A DNA stretch of 64,000 nucleotides from an uncultured Pseudomonadota bacterium (GCA_963749075.1 CAVVLJ010000017.1:480001-544000), one strand, 5' to 3'. Counted from the stretch's first letter, positions 51,203-60,954 are shown. Translations and numbers: made by a program. Notes: a model not told the origin generated them from the letters alone.

Positions 51203-52143
51203 CGGAAGAGGGCGCCGCCAGCATCGCCGTCGAAGCCCTCGCCAAGCGCTTCGCCGGCGTCTTTGCCGTCGAGGACATGAGCTTCACGGTGGAGAACGGC
51301 GAGATCTTCGGCCTGGTCGGCCCCGACGGCGCAGGCAAGACGACCGTCATGCGCATGCTCGCCGGCGTGATGCGGCCGGACAGCGGCGCGATCGTCATCG
51401 ACGGCATCGACGTCGTCGCCGACCCGGAGCGGGTCAAGCGACATCTGAGCTACATGCCCCAGCGCTTCGCGCTCTACGAGGACCTCACCGTCGAGGAGAA
51501 CATCCGCTTCTACGCCGATCTCTTCGAGATCCCGCAGAGGCTGAGGCGGGAGCGCGTGGCACCCCTCCTCGCCGCCTCCAACATGGGACCCTTCCAAAAG
51601 CGCCTTGCCGGGCAGCTTTCGGGCGGCATGAAGCAGAAGCTCGGGCTCATCTGCGCGCTCGTCCACACCCCTAAAGTCCTCCTCCTCGACGAGCCCACCA
51701 CCGGCGTCGATCCGCTGTCGCGCCGCGACTTCTGGCGCATCCTCTACTCCCTGCGCGAGAGCGGCGTCACCATCCTCATCTCGACGGCCTATCTGGACGA
51801 GGCCGAGCGCTGCACCCGCCTCGCCCTCCTCCATCACGGGCGGCTGAGATATTGCGACACACCGCGGCGATTGAAGGCGCGCATGCCGGGAGCACTCGTG
51901 GCCATATCCTCGCCCCGGCCGCGCGCGGTCCGCGAGGCGGTCGCCGGTCTCGAGGGCGTCTCCGGCGTGCTCCTGGTCGGCGACGGCGCGCATGCCATGG
52001 TGGACGACGCGGCCCTGCGCATTCCCGAGCTGCGCCGCGCCTTGGATGGGGCGGCCATTCCCTTCGCGGATATCGCACGCGCCGAGCCGAGCATCGAGGA
52101 TTTATTCGTCACTCTCCTCAAGGACGATGGGGAGCACCGATGA
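51199..52143 (+). CDS. ABC transporter ATP-binding protein
   Basis: GPDGAGKTT, LSGGMKQKL, LDEPTTGVDP. Confidence 0.92.
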   Translation: MTEEGAASIAVEALAKRFAGVFAVEDMSFTVENGEIFGLVGPDGAGKTTVMRMLAGVMRPDSGAIVIDGIDVVADPERVKRHLSYMPQRFALYEDLTVEENIRFYADLFEIPQRLRRERVAPLLAASNMGPFQKRLAGQLSGGMKQKLGLICALVHTPKVLLLDEPTTGVDPLSRRDFWRILYSLRESGVTILISTAYLDEAERCTRLALLHHGRLRYCDTPRRLKARMPGALVAISSPRPRAVREAVAGLEGVSGVLLVGDGAHAMVDDAALRIPELRRALDGAAIPFADIARAEPSIEDLFVTLLKDDGEHR

Positions 52144-53108
52144 GCGAGGACGCTGCCGACGCCGGCGCGCCGATCATCGCGGAGCGCCTCGTCAAGCGCT
52201 TCGGCAGCTTCACGGCGGTCGACAACGTGAGCTTCCGCATCTCCCGCGGCGAGGTTGTCGGCTTCCTCGGGCCGAACGGCGCCGGGAAATCGACCACGAT
52301 CCGCATCCTGTGCGGCCTGCTGCGCCCCACCCAAGGCCGCGCGGTCGTAGCCGGGATCGACGTCGCGCGCGATCCGGAGCGGGTGCGGGAGAACATCGGC
52401 TACATGTCGCAGAAGTTCTCGCTCTACGGCGACCTGACCGTCGTCGAGAACCTGCGCTTCTTCGGCGGCATCTATCGCGTGCCGCACCCCCTTCTGGCCG
52501 AGCGGATGCGCTTCGCCGTGGAGATGGCCGGACTCGCAGGACGGGAAGACTCGCTGGTGAACACCCTCGCCGGCGGCTGGAAGCAGCGCCTGGCCCTCGG
52601 TTGCGCGATCCTCCACCGGCCGCCCATCCTCTTTCTCGACGAGCCCACGTCGGGCGTCGATCCGGAATCGCGGCGGCGCTTTTGGGATCTGATCCACACG
52701 CTCGCGGCGGACGGCGTCACCGTGCTGGTCTCGACGCATTACATGGACGAGGCGGAGTACTGCAACCGCGTCGCCCTGATCGACCGCGGCCGGCTGATCG
52801 CCCTCGCAAGCCCGACCGCCCTCAAGGAACGCGCCCTCGGCGGCGAGCTCCTGCTGGTCGAATGCCCGGCGATCGGCGCGGTGATGGCGGCTCTCGAGGA
52901 AGCGCCGGGAGTGCGCGACGCCGCCGTCTTCGGCAACTCCGTCCACCTCCTGGTGGACGATGGAGCCGGGGCGCTTGCCGCGCTGGCCGCCTTCTTCGAG
53001 AGGCGGCGGCTGAAGATCGACCGCATCGAGCGCATCAAGCCGACGCTCGAAGACATCTTCGTCCAGATGATCGGCGCTGAGGCGCAAGGCGGCGGGGCGA
53101 GGGCATGA
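52140..53108 (+). CDS. ABC transporter ATP-binding protein
   Basis: GPNGAGKST, YMSQKFSLY, GGWKQRL, LDEPTSGVDP, STHYMDEAE. Confidence 0.92.
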   Translation: MSEDAADAGAPIIAERLVKRFGSFTAVDNVSFRISRGEVVGFLGPNGAGKSTTIRILCGLLRPTQGRAVVAGIDVARDPERVRENIGYMSQKFSLYGDLTVVENLRFFGGIYRVPHPLLAERMRFAVEMAGLAGREDSLVNTLAGGWKQRLALGCAILHRPPILFLDEPTSGVDPESRRRFWDLIHTLAADGVTVLVSTHYMDEAEYCNRVALIDRGRLIALASPTALKERALGGELLLVECPAIGAVMAALEEAPGVRDAAVFGNSVHLLVDDGAGALAALAAFFERRRLKIDRIERIKPTLEDIFVQMIGAEAQGGGARA

Positions 53109-54241
53109 GAATAAAGCGTCTCAAGGCCATCGCCGTCAAAGAGCTGCTGCAGGTCTGGCGCGACCCGCGGAGCCTGTTGATAGCGCTTCTGATGCCTTTC
53201 ATGCAGATGCTCCTCCTCGGCTACGGCGTCAGCCTCGATCTCAAGCACCTTCCGGCCTGCGTGTTCGACCGCGAGGCCAGCCAGAACAGCCGGTCGCTCA
53301 TCAAGCATTTCCAGGCGTCGCTTTACTTCTCCATCGTGGACGGCTTCGACAATTACCGCGACTTGACCAAGGCGCTCGATCGCGGCGAATGCCGCCTCGC
53401 GATCGTCGTCCCTCCCGACTTCTCCGAGCGCTTGAGCGATACGGGCGCCAGCTCCGTCCAGGCCATCGTAGACGCGACCGACGACAACAGCGCCAACATC
53501 GCGATCGGCTACGCTCAGACCGTGGTCGGCGACTTCTCCAGCGAGCTCGAGATCGAGCACGCCCGCATGCATGGCGAGCGCGCGGCGACGCTCGAGCCCG
53601 TCGCGTCCGAGTCGCGCGTGTGGTTCAACGAGTCTCTCGAAAGCCGCAACTTCATCATTCCCGGCGTGGTGGCGCTCATCATGGCGCTGGTCGGCGCCCA
53701 GCTCACGTCGCTGACCATCTCGCGCGAATGGGAGCGCGGCACGATGGAGCTCCTCATTTCGACACCGGTCACGCCGATGGAGCTGATGCTCGGCAAGCTC
53801 ATGCCCTATTTCGCCATCGGCCTGCTCGACGCCGTGTTCTGCCTGGCCTTTGCGGTCTTCTGGTTCCAGGTGCCCTTCCGCGGCGCGCTGGTGACGCTCT
53901 TCCTCACGACGTCCCTCTTCCTCGTCGTCGTGCTGGGCATCGGCTATCTGATCTCGACGGCGATCCGCAGCCAGGTCGGGGCAAGCCAGATCGGCATCCT
54001 CGTCACGATGCTGCCGACATTGCTGCTCTCGGGCTTCACCTTTCCCATCGACCAGATGCCGCCCCTGGTGCGCGCCGTCACCTACCTCGTCTCCGCGCGC
54101 TACTACATCACGATCCTGAAGGCGGTCTTCCTCAAGGGCTCGGGGCTCCTCGATCTCGCGTGGCCGACGCTCGCCATGACCGTCTATGCCGCGGTCATCG
54201 CCGTGCTGGCCGCGCGCGCCTTCCGCAAGCGATTGGACTGA
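53105..54241 (+). CDS. ABC-2 exporter permease (YbhS-like)
   Basis: KELLQVWRDPR, REWERGTMELL..TP, GK.MPY. Confidence 0.9.
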   Translation: MRIKRLKAIAVKELLQVWRDPRSLLIALLMPFMQMLLLGYGVSLDLKHLPACVFDREASQNSRSLIKHFQASLYFSIVDGFDNYRDLTKALDRGECRLAIVVPPDFSERLSDTGASSVQAIVDATDDNSANIAIGYAQTVVGDFSSELEIEHARMHGERAATLEPVASESRVWFNESLESRNFIIPGVVALIMALVGAQLTSLTISREWERGTMELLISTPVTPMELMLGKLMPYFAIGLLDAVFCLAFAVFWFQVPFRGALVTLFLTTSLFLVVVLGIGYLISTAIRSQVGASQIGILVTMLPTLLLSGFTFPIDQMPPLVRAVTYLVSARYYITILKAVFLKGSGLLDLAWPTLAMTVYAAVIAVLAARAFRKRLD

Positions 54242-54246
54242 CGGCC

Positions 54247-55380
54247 GTGTTCGAACGGATTTTCCGCATCCTCGTCAAGGAGTTCCTCGAGCTCAAGCGC
54301 GACAAATGGGCGCGCTTCCGGCTGATCGTGCCGCCGATCGTTCAGATGCTGGTCTTCGGCTATGCGGCCACCTTCGAGGTCTACCATGTGGCGACGATCG
54401 TGCTCGACCGCGACCACACGCTGGAAAGCCGCGATCTCATCTCGCGCTTCACCTTCAGCGACCGCTTCAGCGTCGTCGGGATCGCCGACAGCGACGCCGA
54501 GGTCAAGCGCGCCATCGATCGCAGCGACGCGGCCGTGGCGATCGTCGTGCATGCCGGCTTCGCCGAGGCGCTGCGCAAGGGCCAGTCCGCGCCGCTGCAG
54601 GTCATCGTCGACGGCACCAATTCCAACACGGCGCTCATCGCGCTCGGCTATCTCGGCCTCATCGTGTCGCAATATTCCGAGGACTACGCGGCCGATCTCC
54701 TGAGGCGCACGCCCGCGGGCAGCGATACCAGACCCGTCGCGGTCGCGGTCGAGCAGCGCCCCTGGTACAACGACGGCCTCAACGGGCGATGGTTCTTCGT
54801 CCCCGGCGTGGTCGGCACGCTGACCCTGATTCTGATCGTGAGCCTGACGGCCTCGGCGATCGTGCGCGAGCGCGAGGTCGGCACGCTCGAGCAGATCATG
54901 GTGACGCCGATCAGGCCGGCCGAGTTCATCCTCGGAAAGACGCTTCCCTTCTTCCTCATCGGCCTCGCCGAGGTGGCGCTCGTGGCCATCTTCGGGATGC
55001 TCTGGTTCGGCGTGCCGTTCGTCGGCAGCCCCTTGATCCTTCTCCTCGGAACCTGCCTCTTTCTCCTCAGCACGCTCGGCCTCGGGTTGCTCATCTCGAC
55101 GCTCTGCAAGACCGAGCAGCAGGCCTTCGCGTCGACCTTCTTCGTCATCAATCCGATGTTCATTCTTTCCGGCTTCGCCTTCCCGATCGCCAGCATGCCG
55201 GAGGCGCTGCAGTGGCTCACCTATCTCGACCCGCTGCGCTACTATCTCGTCGTCATCCGCGCGACCTTCCTCAAGGGGGTCGGGCTCGACGCGCTGTGGC
55301 CGGAGATGGCAGGCATGGCGGCGTTGGGAATTGGCTTGCTCGGCATCAGCATCCTGCGCTTCCGCAAGTCGCTCGACTAG
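54247..55380 (+). CDS. ABC-2 exporter permease (YbhR-like)
   Basis: KEFLEL.RD, DGTNSNTA, REREVGTLEQIMVTP. Confidence 0.9.
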   Translation: MFERIFRILVKEFLELKRDKWARFRLIVPPIVQMLVFGYAATFEVYHVATIVLDRDHTLESRDLISRFTFSDRFSVVGIADSDAEVKRAIDRSDAAVAIVVHAGFAEALRKGQSAPLQVIVDGTNSNTALIALGYLGLIVSQYSEDYAADLLRRTPAGSDTRPVAVAVEQRPWYNDGLNGRWFFVPGVVGTLTLILIVSLTASAIVREREVGTLEQIMVTPIRPAEFILGKTLPFFLIGLAEVALVAIFGMLWFGVPFVGSPLILLLGTCLFLLSTLGLGLLISTLCKTEQQAFASTFFVINPMFILSGFAFPIASMPEALQWLTYLDPLRYYLVVIRATFLKGVGLDALWPEMAGMAALGIGLLGISILRFRKSLD

Positions 55381-55431
55381 CGCCGGGCTGGAAGACCCAC
55401 GGACGCGAGGACAGCATGAAGCGGTAGCCGA

Positions 55432-56268
55432 TCAATGGGACATGAACAGCGGCGCGGTCATTTGCCGCAGCAGGCTGCGCGTGGCGCCGCCGAGTACCGT
55501 CTCCCTGAGGCGCGTCCGCCCGTATGCCCCCATCACGATCAGGTCGGCGCTCAAATCCGCGGCGCGCGACAGGATGACGTCGCCGACATCCATATCGTCG
55601 GCATAGGCATGGGAGGCCTCCGTCGCCACGCCGTGGCGGGCGAGGTGCAGCGAGATGTCGGCGCCGGGAATCTGGCCGTGGCCTCCGTTGCCTCGTTCCG
55701 GATTGACCGCGAGGATGGTGACGCTCTTGGCGCGTCTCAGCAACGGCAGCGCGTCGTTGACCGCCCGCGTCGCCTGGGCGCTCGCGTTCCACGCCACCAG
55801 AGCACGCTGTCCCGTGGTGGAGAACATGCCGGCGTAGGGCACCAGGAGGACCGGCCTTCCCGATTCGAGAAGGACGCGCTCCGGCACGCCGGATTCGGAG
55901 AAGGGCAGCGTCTCGTTCGGATTGCTCTGGCCGAGCACGGTCAAATCGGCATAGCGGGCATGAAGCCGCACGAGCTTGGGCGCGTCGCCTTCGCTCTCGC
56001 GCCATTCGGCCTCGACCGCGGCTTTGCGCGCACGATCCTCGAACCTGGCCTTGGCCGTCCGGCGCGAGGCGGCGAGGTGCTTGCGCTGTTCCGTGATGAT
56101 GTCGGCGGCGAAGCGCTCTTCGAGGTACGGCGGGACGTAGATTTCGGCCGTCGTATAGAGGCCGGTCAGGTGAGCAGCGAAATCCCGGGCGAGCCGGACC
56201 GCGACATCGAGTGCCTGATCCTGATGTCTCGAGGTGCCGACATGAACGAGAAGGTCCTTGAACGACAT
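55432..56268 (-). CDS. Universal stress protein (two-domain)
   Basis: MSFKDLLVH, SGRPVLLVP, AWNAS, ADLIVMGAYG.TRLRETVLGGATR. Confidence 0.92.
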   Translation of the reverse strand: MSFKDLLVHVGTSRHQDQALDVAVRLARDFAAHLTGLYTTAEIYVPPYLEERFAADIITEQRKHLAASRRTAKARFEDRARKAAVEAEWRESEGDAPKLVRLHARYADLTVLGQSNPNETLPFSESGVPERVLLESGRPVLLVPYAGMFSTTGQRALVAWNASAQATRAVNDALPLLRRAKSVTILAVNPERGNGGHGQIPGADISLHLARHGVATEASHAYADDMDVGDVILSRAADLSADLIVMGAYGRTRLRETVLGGATRSLLRQMTAPLFMSH

Positions 56269-56336
56269 GGCGCGCCTCCCGGTCTGCGCTACTGCTCTCG
56301 ATCGTGCCAGCCGTAGTCGAAATCCGCGGCGCTGCA

Positions 56337-56350
56337 TTGATCAGGGTCAA
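56337..56350. promoter_or_regulatory. FNR/FixK box
   Basis: TTGAT-CAGG-GTCAA, about 69 nt upstream of the usp gene. Confidence 0.8.
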
Positions 56351-56419
56351 GCCGGCGGGCGGCCCGTCCCCGGAAGCGCGCGCCGGCCGCCGGCCTTCGC
56401 TGCGGAAATCGCGGTGGGC

Positions 56420-56869
56420 TCAGAGCAATTGGGCGCCCAGGAGCCTGGATTGGATCTCGGCGAGCGGTAATTTCGTGAGATCCTTGTCCAGCTCTCCCTT
56501 GAGGCGCTTGCGCGTCTCCTCGCCGATCGAGCCGCGCAGATCGCCGAGGAAATGCGGCGCCGCCACGAGGACGAGATGATCGAAGGCCTTTCCAACGCAC
56601 TTCTGCTCGAGGATTTCCGCCAGGCGGTGCGCGAAGGCGCGCTTGCCCTCCTGCCGCCAGTCGACGCGCGGCGCAACGGCATGGTGCGCCGCATTGGCGC
56701 TCTCGCGGACGCGCCCGGGACGCTCCGTGCCGAGCTCGCTCACCCGCTTCACGTCGTTGGCAAAGCTGCCGTCCGGTATCTGCTGCAGGGCCCCGCCGCC
56801 GCCGCTCAGCGCCAGGATGCGCGCGTGGGCGCCGTCGGCGACAAGGACCCAGGTCACTTTGGCTTTCAT
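56420..56869 (-). CDS. Host attachment protein family (release-factor-like fold)
   Basis: TWVLVADGAHARI, RPGR, LVLVAAP.FLG.LR, ELDKDLT. Confidence 0.85.
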   Translation of the reverse strand: MKAKVTWVLVADGAHARILALSGGGGALQQIPDGSFANDVKRVSELGTERPGRVRESANAAHHAVAPRVDWRQEGKRAFAHRLAEILEQKCVGKAFDHLVLVAAPHFLGDLRGSIGEETRKRLKGELDKDLTKLPLAEIQSRLLGAQLL

Positions 56870-56930
56870 GAAATTCACCCTTCCGCTGGCTTTCCGCCGA
56901 CAAAAGCAACATGATTGGACCGACTGGGCA

Positions 56931-56944
56931 TTGACGCAAGTCAA
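56931..56944. promoter_or_regulatory. FNR/FixK box
   Basis: TTGAC-GCAA-GTCAA, about 62 nt upstream of the host attachment gene. Confidence 0.75.
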
Positions 56945-56962
56945 CGCCGCCGGGCGCCCGGC

Positions 56963-57085
56963 GGCGGGCTCGAAAACCACCGCCGCCTGCTCAGCCCCGG
57001 CGAGCGGGAGACCGTCGCCTTTCACGACATGGGGCACACGCTCGTGGCACTCCCGCTTCCAAGCACCGACGCCGTCCGCCAGGTC
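56963..57085 (+). pseudogene. FtsH protease-domain fragment
   Basis: GLENHRRLLSPGERETVAFHDMGHTLVA..LP.TDAV.QV resembles FtsH GLEK..R.L...ER..VAYHE.GHALVA...DPV.KV. Confidence 0.7.
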
Positions 57086-57811
57086 AAGATCCGCATCCGC
57101 GGTCTCAAGAAGTCGTTCGACGGCCAGGCCGTTCTCGCCGGCGTGGACCTCGATTTGCCGGCGGGCGAGAACCTCGTCCTCCTCGGCGCCTCGGGCAGCG
57201 GCAAGTCCGTGCTCGTCAAATGCGTCCTCGGGCTCATGGCCCCGGACGCGGGCTCCATCACGATCGACGGGGAGGAGACCGTGACGCTCGGCAGCCGGGA
57301 GCGCGGCAGGCTGATGCGCAAAATGGGCGTCATGTTCCAGAATTCGGCGCTCTTCGACTCATTGCCCGTCTGGCAGAACATCTCGTTCGGCCTGATGAAC
57401 GTCCAGCGCATGCCGCCCGCGCGCGCCAAGGCGGTCGCGATCGAGAAGCTCGCCGCCGTCGGCCTCACTCCCGACGTGGCGGATTTGCTGCCGAGCGAGC
57501 TCTCGGGCGGCATGCAGCGACGGGTCGCCCTGGCGCGCGCCATTGTCGGCAATCCGAGCGTGCTCTTCCTCGACGACCCGACGGCCGGGCTGGACCCGAT
57601 CATCACGACGATCATCGACGAATTCATCTTGCGCACGCTGAAGCCGGCCAACGCCACGGCCCTGACGATCACCTACGATGTCCGGACGGCGCGCCGCATC
57701 GCGGATCGGGTCGCCATGCTCGCCGACGGGCGCATCATCTGGGAGGGCCCGACCGCAGCACTCGACCGCTCGGGGAACCCGCTCGTCGAGCGCTTCGTCC
57801 ATCGGCCGTAA
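57086..57811 (+). CDS. MlaF-like ABC ATPase lacking its own start, in frame with the FtsH fragment
   Basis: KIRIRGLKKSF, GASGSGKS, FQNSALFDSL, PSELSGGMQRRVALARA. Walker B reads LDDPT and the H-loop reads ITYD (both degenerate). Confidence 0.7.
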   Translation, partial: KIRIRGLKKSFDGQAVLAGVDLDLPAGENLVLLGASGSGKSVLVKCVLGLMAPDAGSITIDGEETVTLGSRERGRLMRKMGVMFQNSALFDSLPVWQNISFGLMNVQRMPPARAKAVAIEKLAAVGLTPDVADLLPSELSGGMQRRVALARAIVGNPSVLFLDDPTAGLDPIITTIIDEFILRTLKPANATALTITYDVRTARRIADRVAMLADGRIIWEGPTAALDRSGNPLVERFVHRP

Positions 57812-57904
57812 CGAGCCGCCGGGAAACGCCGGGAAACGCCGGAGAGGCGGAGGGCGAGCGTGCCGGCCGCAGCCGAGCCCGGCCGTGCCCGCGACCGGGC
57901 GCGT

Positions 57905-58651
57905 CTAGCGCGCGGTCACCGTCACGGCAAAGACGTAGCCGGCGCCGCGCACCGTCTTGATGAATTCCGGGCTGTGCGGATCGCTCTCGATCTTCTTGCG
58001 CAAGCGCACGACCTGGGCGTCGATGGCGCGGTCGAAGGCGGCCCATTCCCGCCCCTTCACGCGGTCCATCAACTGGTCCCGGCTCAAGACCTTGTTGGCA
58101 TTGAGCGCCAAGGCGCGCAGCAGCTCGAACTCGCCCGTCGTGAGGGCGACGAGGCCGCCCGATGGTTGGCGCAGCTCCCGCTTGAGGAGGTCGAGCTGCC
58201 AGCCGCCGAAGGTGAGGACCTCGCCTGGGGCGGGCGCAACCGCCGCGGCGGCGGCGGGCTTGGCCTCGGAAGCCCGCGCCGGCTCGGTCCGCCGCAGCAC
58301 GGTGCGGATGCGCGCGAGGATCTCCCGCAGGTGGAAGGGCTTCGCAATATAGTCGTCCGCCCCCGCCTCGAGGCCGGCCACGCGGTCGATCACGTCGCCC
58401 TTCCCCGTCAGCATGATGATCGGGACGCTCGAGTCCTTGCGGATATGGCGGGCGAGCGACAGGCCGTCCTCGCCGGGCATGAGGACGTCGAGGAGGACGA
58501 GGTCCGGGGCGTCGCTCGCGAGGACCGTCCGCAGCGCAGCACCGTCCGGCGCCTCGCTGACGCGGAAGCCTTCCTCGACGAGGTAGCGCCGCAGCATGGC
58601 GCGAATCCGGCTATCGTCGTCAACCACGAGGATATGGATCTGGGCGGTCAT
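57905..58651 (-). CDS. OmpR-family response regulator
   Basis: ILVVDDD, LLDVLMPGEDG, GADDYIAKPF, winged helix DRAIDAQVVRLRKKIE...TVRGAGY. Confidence 0.93.
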   Translation of the reverse strand: MTAQIHILVVDDDSRIRAMLRRYLVEEGFRVSEAPDGAALRTVLASDAPDLVLLDVLMPGEDGLSLARHIRKDSSVPIIMLTGKGDVIDRVAGLEAGADDYIAKPFHLREILARIRTVLRRTEPARASEAKPAAAAAVAPAPGEVLTFGGWQLDLLKRELRQPSGGLVALTTGEFELLRALALNANKVLSRDQLMDRVKGREWAAFDRAIDAQVVRLRKKIESDPHSPEFIKTVRGAGYVFAVTVTAR

Positions 58652-58706
58652 TCCAGGGTCACGAGCTCACTCTCGGCGGCCCGAATCGGCAAGCCGGATG
58701 TTCGTC

Positions 58707-58725
58707 ACGGATTGTAACAATCCGT
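58707..58725. promoter_or_regulatory. Perfect palindrome in the divergent promoter region
   Basis: ACGGATTGT-A-ACAATCCGT, plus related TTGTTACCA and TTGTGACAA nearby. Confidence 0.55.
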
Positions 58726-58835
58726 CTCCCATTGTTACCAAACTTCGCCGTGCCCGGCATCATTTTGTGACAATGATCCTTTACTCCTCGCAACGGGTGC
58801 CGGCCTTCCTCGCCCGCCGAACGGAGGAGATAGAC

Positions 58836-59552
58836 ATGCGCGCCGAAGCGGTTTCGAGCGGCCCGCAAGGCGTCGACTTCAACGCGCTCGCCATCTGCCA
58901 CGGGCTGGGACGCCAGGCGGCAAGCCACGTCGCCTCGATCGGTAGGCGCGTCAGCTACGGCGTGGCGAAGACGATCTTTGCCGAGGGCGACGAGGCCAAC
59001 AGCGTCTATGAGGTGGTCCGCGGCATCCTCAAGCTCTACAAGCTGCTGCCCGATGGCCGCCGGCAAATCACCGGATTCCTCTCCGCGGGCCATCTCATCG
59101 GCCTGGCCAACGGGGACCTCTATCTCTACACCGCCGAGGCGGTGACCGAGGTCACCCTCTGCCGCTATCGCCGGGTGCTGCTCGACCGCCTGGTCGACGA
59201 GGTCCCCGGCTTCGCCCGCGCCCTTCTCGCGGCAACCTCCGACGAGCTCCGCGCCGCGCAGGATCAGATGCTGCTGCTCGGGCGCAAGGACGCCATGGAG
59301 AAGATCGCGAGCTTCCTCCTGATGATGGCCGATCGCCAGCACGCTCTGGGGCCGTCGCGGGAGATCGAGATCCCGATGGGGCGCAGCGACATCGCCGACT
59401 ACCTCGGCCTCACGATCGAGACCATCAGCCGAATGCTGACGAAGCTCAAGAGTCAGGGAGTGATCGCACTGCCGACCCCGGCTCGGATCGGCCTGCGGAA
59501 TCGCGAGCGTCTCGAGGATCTGGCGGCCGGCGAGGGCGAGGAGGGCGAATGA
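58836..59552 (+). CDS. Crp/Fnr-family regulator, FixK-like
   Basis: LLPDGRRQITGF, LLGRK.A.EKIASFL, DIADYLGLTIETISR (ExxSR helix); no N-terminal Cys cluster. Confidence 0.9.
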   Translation: MRAEAVSSGPQGVDFNALAICHGLGRQAASHVASIGRRVSYGVAKTIFAEGDEANSVYEVVRGILKLYKLLPDGRRQITGFLSAGHLIGLANGDLYLYTAEAVTEVTLCRYRRVLLDRLVDEVPGFARALLAATSDELRAAQDQMLLLGRKDAMEKIASFLLMMADRQHALGPSREIEIPMGRSDIADYLGLTIETISRMLTKLKSQGVIALPTPARIGLRNRERLEDLAAGEGEEGE

Positions 59553-59592
59553 GGCGAAGCGATGAGGCGTCTCTCGATCGCCCCGGAGCGCG

Positions 59593-59999
59593 ATGACGAA
59601 ACCCCGCGCGAAGCCCGGCGGCCGCGAGCCCTACAGCGGGAGAACGGCGCTCCTGGTCGAGGCGGAAGCCGGCACCCATGAGCTCTGCCGTTCGGCGCTT
59701 TCCCGCCTGGGATTCGCCGTCGATGCGGTCGAGACCGGAGTGGCCGCGATGTCCGCTGCCCGCGGGCGGCCGCCGGACATCATCCTCTTCGATTGGCAGT
59801 TGCGCGACGTCTCGGGCCGCGAGCTCGTCGGCTGGTTCCGCTCCAATCCGGCGTTCGGCCTCACGCCGATGATCGCCATCGGCACTCTCGGGCTCGACGG
59901 CGCGCAATTCCGCTATTATGACGGCAGGGTCGAGCGCTGCTGAAGAGGCCGGTGTCGCAGGCGGCGATCGAGCGCGCCGTCCGCGCGGTCCTCAAATAG
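59593..59999 (+). pseudogene. Single-domain response regulator receiver, probable frameshift near 59930
   Basis: ALLVE, PDIILFDWQL.DVSG. The ORF stops at 59943, but another frame continues ALLKRPVSQAAIERAVRAVLK-stop. Confidence 0.6.
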
Positions 60000-60087
60000 G
60001 CCGCCTCGCGCCGGCGGCGCCGGGGCGTCCTGCCTTGGCGGCAGCCCGGAGGGAGGCCAGAGGGAGGCCAGAGGGAGCCTCGACGCG

Positions 60088-60939
60088 ATGACCATCCGAT
60101 CCATTCTGGCGCCGCTCACCGGATACGAGGAAAGCCCAGCGGCCCTCGCGGCGGGCCTCAGGATCGCATGCCGGCTGCATTCCTTTATCGACGTCGTTTG
60201 CGTGCGGCCGGATCCGCGCGATGCCGTTTCGCTCGCCACGGGGAGCGCCAAGGGCGCCGGCCTCGATCCGCTGGTGGCCCATGTGGAGAAGGAGGCCGAG
60301 ACCCGCTCCAAGCGCGCGCATGAAATCTTCGAGCTGGCCTCCCGCCAAGCCGGCACGGATACGCCCGGTGCTTGCGCCATGGCAAGCTTCCGCCTGCTGA
60401 CCGGCCGCATGGCCCGCGACGTGCCGATCCATGGCCGGACGTACGACCTGATCCTGTTCGGACGTCTCCTCGATCCCGACGCGACCGAATGGCGGCTGAC
60501 CCTGGAAACGACGCTGGTGGCGAGCGGCCGGCCGGTGCTTCTCCTCCCGGCCGACGCCAGGCTGCTGATCGGCGAAATCGTGGCGGTGGCCTGGAACGGC
60601 AGCGCCGAGGCCGCCCGCGCAGCCAGTGCCGCACTCCCCATTCTGCGGCAGGCCCGCCGCGTTCTGCTGCTCACGGGGGCCAGGGATGCACCGGTCGTGC
60701 CGGGCCTGCTCGAGGTCGGCGAATGGCTCGAGCGTCATGGCATATTCGCCGAGCGCAAGGCGGTGCCCCTCGAAGAATGGCCGGTCGGCGAGAAGCTCGT
60801 CGCAGAGGCCGCCCGCGCGGGCGCCGATCTTCTGGTCATGGGCGCATACGGCCATGACAGGGCGCGCGCGACCATCTTCGGGGGCGCCACGCGGGCCGTC
60901 TTGAACGAGTCCACGCTGCCGGTGCTGCTCGCTCACTAG
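60088..60939 (+). CDS. Universal stress protein (two-domain)
   Basis: SGRPVLLLP, VAWNGSAEAARA, ADLLVMGAYGH...IFGGATR...PVLLAH. Confidence 0.9.
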   Translation: MTIRSILAPLTGYEESPAALAAGLRIACRLHSFIDVVCVRPDPRDAVSLATGSAKGAGLDPLVAHVEKEAETRSKRAHEIFELASRQAGTDTPGACAMASFRLLTGRMARDVPIHGRTYDLILFGRLLDPDATEWRLTLETTLVASGRPVLLLPADARLLIGEIVAVAWNGSAEAARAASAALPILRQARRVLLLTGARDAPVVPGLLEVGEWLERHGIFAERKAVPLEEWPVGEKLVAEAARAGADLLVMGAYGHDRARATIFGGATRAVLNESTLPVLLAH

Positions 60940-60954
60940 CGTCCAGAATCGCCG

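Noticed and set aside
53389-55380. 663-aa permease, and similar long N-terminal extensions (28355, 51852, 44861)
   Set aside because: These are Arg/Pro-rich shadow frames of the upstream genes, typical of high-GC DNA; real starts were assigned downstream.
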